DNA from: Amphiscolops sp. MND2022
Taxonomy: Eukaryota
Length of the DNA stretch: 64,000 bases
Assembly: GCA_964187785.1 (NCBI GenBank)
Contig: OZ076409.1
Coordinates: 66,962,001-67,026,000, forward strand
Direction of reading: 5' to 3'
Position numbers and translations under genes: made by a program
Notes under the pieces: model-generated
Seen by the model: only the letters and a program-made list of their open reading frames with translations
Databases searched by the model: none
Told to the model about the DNA's origin: nothing
Shown here: positions 51,401 through 58,112 of the stretch, in pieces
Layout of the letters: each line of letters opens with the position of its first letter
How positions within the stretch are numbered: the first letter of the stretch is position 1

Positions 51401-54400
51401 CAGGAGCCCACCGGCGAAGCGCGTATAGATGAGCGTGCGTCGCTCGTGGTCTCTTTCGTGGTGCCTCATGCAGCACCTATTCCGCTGCGAGGACTGGTGG
51501 ACACTGGCTCGGGCGTCTCCATACTGACGTTTTCCGCCTTCAACAGAGTGGCAGCTCGAACTGGAACGGTACTTAAACCCTACCAAGTTGACCTGTACGC
51601 AGCCAACGGGAAGACAATAAAGACCTACGGCCTCGCAGAACACATCCATTTCCAGCTGGGAGGATACGAACTTGAAACGAACTTTGTGGTGGTAGATGAC
51701 GCAATGGGTGTGGAAGACTTCCTACTTGGCCGGAACTTTCTTCGCTCCTACCAGGTGTTAGTGGATCTAACATCTATGAAGATTGTGGTGCGAGCACCAG
51801 TGAAGCCTGTGTGGCATCATGCTCACGCACAGGTAGGTGACACTTCAATAGCTACTCCAGTCGTTTTGGACAGTGACTTGGTCCTGCAACCTTTCGAACG
51901 AGCGGTGGCTAGAGCCAAGCTCGTCACCAACACACTAGAGCCGCTGATTTTTCAAAGCGTAGCGCTCAATGCCTCTTTGTCTGACACTACGTTGCACAAT
52001 GTCGTCTTTTTAGAGGACAGCGTGGCCACTGTCAGTGAGACAGGAACACTCTTTGTGAGCCTGATAAATCTCACCAGCAACCCTCAACGCATGCGGTGTG
52101 GTGTACAACTGGGCACCGTAGTACCCATAACGGTAGTATACCAAGCAGTACCTCAATGTTTGGACTCTCCCACTACAACCCGCACAAAAACTGACGCCGA
52201 CGACAGTCGTGCAAATTTTGTTCATAAAATTTATAGTGAAGTGAATCTATCCACTGCTTCTGAGTTAACCTCTTCTTCAGAATTTGAGTTTTTGTCCTCT
52301 ACTGACCCTAGCGAGGCAGGACTATCGGAGCGCGAGATTCGCAAGCGAACGGACCCAGAGCTAATGGCTCCGATTCCTGGGCCGGAATCTCAGCTCAAGG
52401 CGGTCAAGGATTTATGGGGCGCTAGCGCCTGCGAGTCTCTCCGTAACCTCCTCGATGAATTCGATGAGCTATTCATGAAACACAAAGCGGACATCGGTCG
52501 GTGCACTATCGCTAAGCACACCGTGGAGGTGGAACCAGGGGCTGTACCGCATCGTGAAGGTGCTCGCCGGATGTCCCCTGAGAAGGCCGAACGTGCCAAT
52601 CAGGAGGTACGGAACCTCTTAGCTCTGGGAATGATACAGCCCTCGCTGTCCCCTTGGGCGAGCGGCATTGTAATGGTGAAAAAGAAAAACGGGGAGTTGC
52701 GCTTTTGCTGCGACTTCCGCCCGTTAAATGAGGTAACCATTAAGGATGCTTATCCCTTGCCCCGCATTGATGAAAGCCTGGCACGGCTAGGCAAGGCGAA
52801 GATCTATACCAGCATAGACCTTGCTTGGGCCTTTTGGCAAATTCCTGTGCGAAAGGCGGATCGCCACAAAACCGCTTTTGCTTGTGAACTAGGACTTTTT
52901 GAGTGGCGGCGAATGCCATTTGGTATGTGCAATGCATCTGCCACGTTTCAGCGGTCAATAGCGCGTGCGCTAAGGAATATTGTCAATCGTGAGGGCAGCA
53001 TGGTCATGGCCTACATTGATGATATCGTGATTGCCACAGAGACTGTGGAAGACCATATGGTACGCCTACGTGAAGTCTTTGAATGCCTCCGTGAAGCCGG
53101 TTTCAAAATGCGCGTGGCCAAATGCGATTTCATGAAATCGGAGATCAAGTATTTGGGACGAGTGGTTTCCGCAGAAGGAGTAAAGCCCGACCCGAAAGCC
53201 GTCGTCAAGTTGCGCGATTGGGAAATTCCCCGTAACAAGACGGAGATGCAGAGTTTCCTTGGATTCGCCAACTATTACCGCGAATTCATCCCTTGGCACG
53301 CTAAGCTGGTTGCACCCCTGCACGCCGTCACTGGACTGAATGCCACCTTCGCCTGGGGTCCTGAGCAACAAACCGCATTCAATGAGATCAAAAAAGCCCT
53401 AATCGAGGCAACTGCGCTCGCGCAGCCTGATTCCGAAGGAGAGTTTGTGTTGGACACTGACGCTAGTGCTGTCGCCATTTCTGGTATCCTGCACCAGTGG
53501 CAAGGTCCTCCGGGTGAACGACGCCTGAGACCGATAGTTTACGGTAGCAAGAAGCTCACCACCACACAAGCCAAATACGGAGCTCCCAAACTTGAAATGT
53601 TCGCCGCCTACTATTTCATAGTGAAAAACCACAGCTATCTATGTCCCCGGAAATTCACCCTGCGGGTGGACAACCAAGCTTTGTCCTGGTTGAAAACCTA
53701 CTCCACGGATCAAGCGCTAATCGGCCGATGGATTATGACCCTGGAGAAGTATCACTTTCGCGTGGAACACCGCCCGAGAACTCAACATCGAAACGCCGAT
53801 GGCTTGAGCAAACGAACCAACGAGTACCGATGCCGCGAGAAACAGCTTGCACAGCAGCCAGCTGCGGGCGAACGCTGGAATTTTCTTTCAGCTGACGAAT
53901 TTGATAAACTACCTGTTGCCCCATGGTTCGACCTTCAGGGTCGAGTCATCCCGAATCATCCCGAGCTACCTGCGCACCTGCAGAACTTGGAGCCTAAGGC
54001 TCCCAACCAATTGCTACGCGTGCTTCGCCGCACCAAACGAGCGAGCAGGAGGGACAGACAAGCAAAAGCATTCGCAGCCCCCTTGCCGCCTCCGCCTTCC
54101 CTTGCTCTGCAACCGCACGAGGATGCCTATCCAGACTACCCTGAGGACTGGATTGATGTGACTGATGAAGCACGCGAAGATTATCTATTACCGACGCATG
54201 CCGTAAATGTACCCTCACGTACCGTCTATGCCATTGCTGGGGCGAATCCTGTTGCGCTGCAGGGTACTCCCTCGGGTGTACGCGACTCAATTTTGGCTCT
54301 TAAAGACATCAACACTGAACTTCACGAACATGCTCACACCGTGCATGGTATCAAAGATTTGATTCTAGCCCAAAATCGTGATGTTCATGTGCTAGCACTC

Positions 54401-57400
54401 AAAAAGTTGGTGCTAAACGAACCCATCGATCATGACGTGTTTCCCGAGAACGTGCGTGAGTTCGCACGCAACTACTACCGTCAAAAGAAAACTCTCCTGT
54501 TTATTAACAAGAATGGTGTGCTTTGCGTACGATACCCTCCCAACCAACGTCCTCTGCACGAACGTCCGTGCATGATCGTCATGCCTCAACTGTACCAGCA
54601 TGAGATTTTATTCCGCGCGCATGACGCCATGGGACATCAAGGTATCTCCAAAGTGGTGGCTCGGATTCAAGAACGTCACACATGGCCTGGTATTCGGCGC
54701 AGCGTGGGCCGTTACGTTGGCCAATGCCTCACCTGTCAACAAGTTCGAGATAAGCCTGGTGACGTCCGATTCCACCTAAAGAACATCCAGAGCGGATACT
54801 TCAACGAATTGGTCCAATATGATCATCTGAAGATCTGCCCCTCAGACAGTAATAACACTGGCATCTTGGTCATAATTGACCATTTCTCCAAGTTCGCGGA
54901 AGCAGTGCCCTGTAGTCATCACGACTACGACGCTGTGACTACCTCTCGGTTGCTGTTACAAAAGTGGTTCGCCCGTCATGGCACACCCACTAGAATGCAG
55001 TCTGACAATGCCCCAAATTTGACTGCTGAGGTGTCCAACGAATTCCTAAAAGCAGCCCACGTTACCAAAGTAACCTCTACGGCTAGCCATCCGAGAACCC
55101 AAGGCTTGGTGGAGCGTCAAAATCGGACGCTGTTAACCCTACTGCGAGTTTTTTGCTCCCGCCGTATGCGCGACTGGGACCAATGTCTTGATGAGGTCAT
55201 AGGCGCCTACAACTCTACGAGGCACGCCACCACTGGCTTCTCACCCTACATGCTGACCCGTGGTGTAGAGAAGGCCATCCCTCTCACGTTCTTGTATCCC
55301 GAATTTGCAGCCAAATCATTCGAGTCGCATGAGGCGTATGTCGATCATGTATTGGCTCGCCAGCAGGAAATACATGACTTGGTACGGCGTAACACGCACC
55401 AAGCCCAATTGCGTCAAAAGTTGAAGTACGACCGTGCTATACAAGCGCGAGCTTACCAAGTAGGCGAGCTCGTCTGGGTATTTTGCCGCTACGTACCGCA
55501 AAAGGGTTCCCCGAAATTGATGCGTGCTTGGCGAGGCCCGCACAAGGTTGTACAAATCTTTCAGGACGGTCGTGTCTATGTGCTAGACACAGGTCAAAAG
55601 GTTCATTTTGAGCGTCTTAAACCGCACCACAGTGGCCCACTTGAACTTGCTACTGCACACACGGACAGTGGTGAGGTGGTGGTCCTTATGGACCCCGAAC
55701 CTGAACGTTCCGTCGACGTAGTTGATGACGACAAGTCTCTATCGTCGTATAAACCCGAACAACTACTTTCAGAAGCGTCCGATGCATCTTTGCCCTCACG
55801 TCGACGTCACTGGATGGACACTCGACTACGCACGAAACTTCGCGCAGGCGGCTCCCGCCCGCATTATCAGCAATTTGACTATTCCACCTCAGGTACAGAC
55901 GACGAACTATCCGATGCCATGTTGCCGATACCTCCAGTTGACGAGGATCTAGTGGAGCCTGCGGCTCCTCCGACTGCGTTGGATCAGTCGATATCCCCTG
56001 CCCGTGTACTACCTCAACTGTTCTCTGACCATGAGCGCGTGCGCTCACCGTCTCCACAGATATCCTCCTCCGAAAAAGAAACATCGTTACCAGGAACCTC
56101 AGCATCCTTGTTGACGAATCCCTCGCTAACCAATTTTCTTAGCAACTATCCCATATGGCCGACCGCCCCTCCGATTCCTCTCAAATCTGCCAGCAACGAC
56201 AGCAACGTTCAGCCCGATCTGCCTGAAGCTCCCGAGATTTCGCCAGGAGCGGGGACCGCTCCTTCTTTTAAAAGGGGGAGGGGGAGACCACCCAAGGCAC
56301 AGAAGAAACGGCTGATCCGAGCGAAGGCAAGGACGAGGAAGAAAGAAACACCGAGAAATGCCGAAACCGAAACTGCGATCCAGGCCGAAACGGAAGCTCC
56401 CAGAACTGCAGAGACGCTAACAGAGGCATCTGCAACTGCTCTTAGGTATCAACTAAGGAGTAAACGGCAGCCGCGCTACAAGTGTGGAACCTGCGGGCTG
56501 CGAGATTGTGTCTGCCTATTAGCTGTGAATGAGAACCGGAGGGTTCCCATTGGAGCCCGGGGAGTTCCTCCGGAAGAGAGAGAAAACTTGGTGTACCGCC
56601 TCACGGTGCGGGCCGAGAAAACCTACTCAGCTGTAGAGCGGTCTGGAGACCACCCTGTGGACACTATCCTGGAGAAGTTGTCACTGCCCGGGGTAGCGAA
56701 GGCCCCTTGTCCGAGGTTTAAGGAGTGGACTAGCGATGGAAAGGGCCTGGAGTTTACCCTGTCCACGGTGTTGCCCCCTGTGCCCAGCAATATTGCGTTT
56801 GGGCCATTCAATTTTGAAAGGGAACCTGTGCAGATGGTCCGATGCATCACTGCCGACTTGTTATGCGACAAGTATGGAGTCCAGGTGGAACCAGGAGGGG
56901 TATACAGCCCGGCTCCTCACTGGTGGCTGCTGGTAACAGCTCCACGAGTGGAGGCGATGGTGGAACCGTTGAATCTGTTATCCTGTCTAGAGAGTCTGAG
57001 GACCCTCACCACTGTGGACTTAATACTTTGCTTCCATATCATAGACTGGTACCGAGGCAAGATGAAGTTCGCGTGGTGGCTGGAATTAATAATCACATGT
57101 TTCGCCACCTATCCCAGAATTCGACTATTAGACGAGTGGACTCACACCTTCGAGATCCCCTTGTTCCCCAAAGCCGCCCTGGGAACTTTAGATGTGTGGG
57201 TAAAGGCCGGCAGCGACAATCGGGCGATGCCCCGCTCAGTATGGCAAGACCTGGCTGCAGTCCAAGGGCGTACCCCTCACGTGTGTCTGCCCTCCGATAA
57301 TGGTCCCGGACGAGAGATTGTTTACCCGGGAGCCCTGTATCCGAATTCAGCCGAACACGTCTCTTACGATGAATCCGATTTCTTGCAGGCCGAGGGCGAC

Positions 57401-57817
57401 ATAGTGTTAGCATGCCCTGCTGACCTAAAGACCAACTCTGCCGCCCTGCGATATGTGCTGCGGGAGTGCGGCATAGAAGATGTATTTGCCTTACGACCTA
57501 AAGTGGGCGAGATTCTCACTATCCCGCCTGATGTGAACCCCAACCCTAACCAAAGTATTCACCTGTTAATAGTCCGTGCTAACCAGCGCGCACCGCTGCT
57601 GACAGATGACTACTTGCGTTGCATGACGTACTTGATACAGCGCCTGATAGATAAAGGATCCACACGGGTCCACTTACCCATTCTGGACCCCGAGAGACCG
57701 GCTTTCTCGTTGGTCAATCTGTACCATACTCTAACGAACATGTTCGAGGGTACTGGTATTCACGTGGTTTTGCATAGCCGCGTATATGTATCAATATTAA
57801 CTATAGGGCTGAAGTAG
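48407..57817 (+). CDS. gag-pol: Gag-Pol polyprotein (~3,136 aa from the first ATG) with a C-terminal extension ending in a macrodomain
   Basis: Capsid-like region ~49980-50460; CCHC CFHCGQNGHFAREC 50681-50722; protease LVDTGS (D at 51500); RT YIDD at 53012; RNase H LDTDAS ~53450; IN HHCC ~54620-54740 plus D,D,E (IIDHFSK, QSDNA, LVERQN); GPY/F-like WRGPHKV; AT-hook 56270-56296. Confidence 0.97.
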   Translation: MVLPGLEKLDMSSQSWVTIGSTMDGSHFSDEMSDEVTIEQQRKEELAAMVPPSEGSVASGSSRRTEQWVEETCRERANEAEEEWPNSNVTNELAAEEGCSRAPLGEKMSSRLQITVDEDLTYSENTSGARPQGSGVTRSNTRVCAYGKHKKVRPPMINVGERQVEVPRKRSVAGSVASSQRSSVYKAAILEAQAETQRALAELASTRAGCNDQHRAIAENMRTLQTTMREGLQVSDQLRTAQNTQSARVDALGYRMGEMNDLLMARELRVETQINDLSNQMHTVLNAINIMRRERSLPRQSGATEGVPIADSIKIPESSHQGQATKPEVASALKPSTSKSTTPETRTKDPVPIMAAVERKPARVQVRGPHDSSSMSQITSSVVRSATRDQGVDPMSPIYLDTSTEVDLSCTKATLGSQTDGAAYATAPTMVSGTDSLYLTADWTAEDGMPSGAPCASSTRRKEDVTNLSVRATHGSDDGTDEVAPKEGEAEVISPEQLRFTAAISKAMSKELAPLLAGRDLAQTKPSVYRGSKDGSIDGWILVMQRYLKRVQTKISAEDRAWSIIGHLEGEARNYIINKAESERDTPEKVFELLSSRFGAGGNRMQVRQTFQSRVQQEKGDWMQYLDALEGLRSQGFPQESIITKRYEILQRFMEGVRDPVLRRELAIVYASETFLTEPPTVESLRFTTRQLQRNRPRPTQPQQPYDPRLAMRSRPHPFAPLPPNKMVMPQGVLPPPAPPQNVPAPAVPAPARAPVGACFHCGQNGHFARECPNRDQARKPMTASEPEGVKVTTEDTTDGILEGHPGIYQCTSCGLFDQAEVQCGEHSHAPKPNDELAYNRWAEVESAGIAAHTVPLEDDRVLMLHPAEPPAFHTPMTFTCGAKQIQTCLEPTTFDPQGRTLISIHLLLAAEQIRRPTLTLAKLWVELSILYKRNELPRPKEWYAPGESATLTTYSPVPVCASMDGVDMKFEACVVVDVFPPGICLGPQELKCYNINHQEPTGEARIDERASLVVSFVVPHAAPIPLRGLVDTGSGVSILTFSAFNRVAARTGTVLKPYQVDLYAANGKTIKTYGLAEHIHFQLGGYELETNFVVVDDAMGVEDFLLGRNFLRSYQVLVDLTSMKIVVRAPVKPVWHHAHAQVGDTSIATPVVLDSDLVLQPFERAVARAKLVTNTLEPLIFQSVALNASLSDTTLHNVVFLEDSVATVSETGTLFVSLINLTSNPQRMRCGVQLGTVVPITVVYQAVPQCLDSPTTTRTKTDADDSRANFVHKIYSEVNLSTASELTSSSEFEFLSSTDPSEAGLSEREIRKRTDPELMAPIPGPESQLKAVKDLWGASACESLRNLLDEFDELFMKHKADIGRCTIAKHTVEVEPGAVPHREGARRMSPEKAERANQEVRNLLALGMIQPSLSPWASGIVMVKKKNGELRFCCDFRPLNEVTIKDAYPLPRIDESLARLGKAKIYTSIDLAWAFWQIPVRKADRHKTAFACELGLFEWRRMPFGMCNASATFQRSIARALRNIVNREGSMVMAYIDDIVIATETVEDHMVRLREVFECLREAGFKMRVAKCDFMKSEIKYLGRVVSAEGVKPDPKAVVKLRDWEIPRNKTEMQSFLGFANYYREFIPWHAKLVAPLHAVTGLNATFAWGPEQQTAFNEIKKALIEATALAQPDSEGEFVLDTDASAVAISGILHQWQGPPGERRLRPIVYGSKKLTTTQAKYGAPKLEMFAAYYFIVKNHSYLCPRKFTLRVDNQALSWLKTYSTDQALIGRWIMTLEKYHFRVEHRPRTQHRNADGLSKRTNEYRCREKQLAQQPAAGERWNFLSADEFDKLPVAPWFDLQGRVIPNHPELPAHLQNLEPKAPNQLLRVLRRTKRASRRDRQAKAFAAPLPPPPSLALQPHEDAYPDYPEDWIDVTDEAREDYLLPTHAVNVPSRTVYAIAGANPVALQGTPSGVRDSILALKDINTELHEHAHTVHGIKDLILAQNRDVHVLALKKLVLNEPIDHDVFPENVREFARNYYRQKKTLLFINKNGVLCVRYPPNQRPLHERPCMIVMPQLYQHEILFRAHDAMGHQGISKVVARIQERHTWPGIRRSVGRYVGQCLTCQQVRDKPGDVRFHLKNIQSGYFNELVQYDHLKICPSDSNNTGILVIIDHFSKFAEAVPCSHHDYDAVTTSRLLLQKWFARHGTPTRMQSDNAPNLTAEVSNEFLKAAHVTKVTSTASHPRTQGLVERQNRTLLTLLRVFCSRRMRDWDQCLDEVIGAYNSTRHATTGFSPYMLTRGVEKAIPLTFLYPEFAAKSFESHEAYVDHVLARQQEIHDLVRRNTHQAQLRQKLKYDRAIQARAYQVGELVWVFCRYVPQKGSPKLMRAWRGPHKVVQIFQDGRVYVLDTGQKVHFERLKPHHSGPLELATAHTDSGEVVVLMDPEPERSVDVVDDDKSLSSYKPEQLLSEASDASLPSRRRHWMDTRLRTKLRAGGSRPHYQQFDYSTSGTDDELSDAMLPIPPVDEDLVEPAAPPTALDQSISPARVLPQLFSDHERVRSPSPQISSSEKETSLPGTSASLLTNPSLTNFLSNYPIWPTAPPIPLKSASNDSNVQPDLPEAPEISPGAGTAPSFKRGRGRPPKAQKKRLIRAKARTRKKETPRNAETETAIQAETEAPRTAETLTEASATALRYQLRSKRQPRYKCGTCGLRDCVCLLAVNENRRVPIGARGVPPEERENLVYRLTVRAEKTYSAVERSGDHPVDTILEKLSLPGVAKAPCPRFKEWTSDGKGLEFTLSTVLPPVPSNIAFGPFNFEREPVQMVRCITADLLCDKYGVQVEPGGVYSPAPHWWLLVTAPRVEAMVEPLNLLSCLESLRTLTTVDLILCFHIIDWYRGKMKFAWWLELIITCFATYPRIRLLDEWTHTFEIPLFPKAALGTLDVWVKAGSDNRAMPRSVWQDLAAVQGRTPHVCLPSDNGPGREIVYPGALYPNSAEHVSYDESDFLQAEGDIVLACPADLKTNSAALRYVLRECGIEDVFALRPKVGEILTIPPDVNPNPNQSIHLLIVRANQRAPLLTDDYLRCMTYLIQRLIDKGSTRVHLPILDPERPAFSLVNLYHTLTNMFEGTGIHVVLHSRVYVSILTIGLK
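57356..57817 (+). other. TARG1/OARD1 (Poa1p)-like macrodomain at the Pol C-terminus
   Basis: VSYDESDFL..DIVLACPADLK..CGIEDVFALRPKVGEILTI..IHLLIVR..KGSTRVHLPIL..MFEGTGIHVVLH aligns by eye with the OARD1-type pattern (YVKGDLF..LAHCISED..GEVAVL..IYYLITK..GVTDLSMPRIGCG..VFEATDIKITVY). Confidence 0.75.
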
Positions 57818-58112
57818 CCTTATCATTTTAGTTGTCCCCATTTTTCCTTTGCCCTCAGTTCTTGTAACAATTCTTGTAACAACCTTGGAAGAGTCTTGAA
57901 ATGCTCTCGAGATGTTAATTTGTCATGTTGTTCACTCAAAGGTTTTGTTCTAGTTCGTTAGTTAGTTAGAGTTAAATTTTAAGTTTGTAGTGGCCCCCTT
58001 ACGGAGCCGATTTTGCCTGGCTGCAATTGAAGGACGAACCGACCCACGGCTCGTTCCAGAGAGAACTTGTCCCTGTAAGTCTAACAGTGGTCCTTTTTAG
58101 ACCTATGCATTA

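Noticed and set aside
56159..56170. PTAP late-domain motif
   Set aside because: Four-residue match in a Pro-rich region far from Gag; likely chance
48516..57413. Many short antisense and alternative-frame ORFs within gag-pol
   Set aside because: Shadow ORFs expected in GC-balanced coding DNA; no motifs
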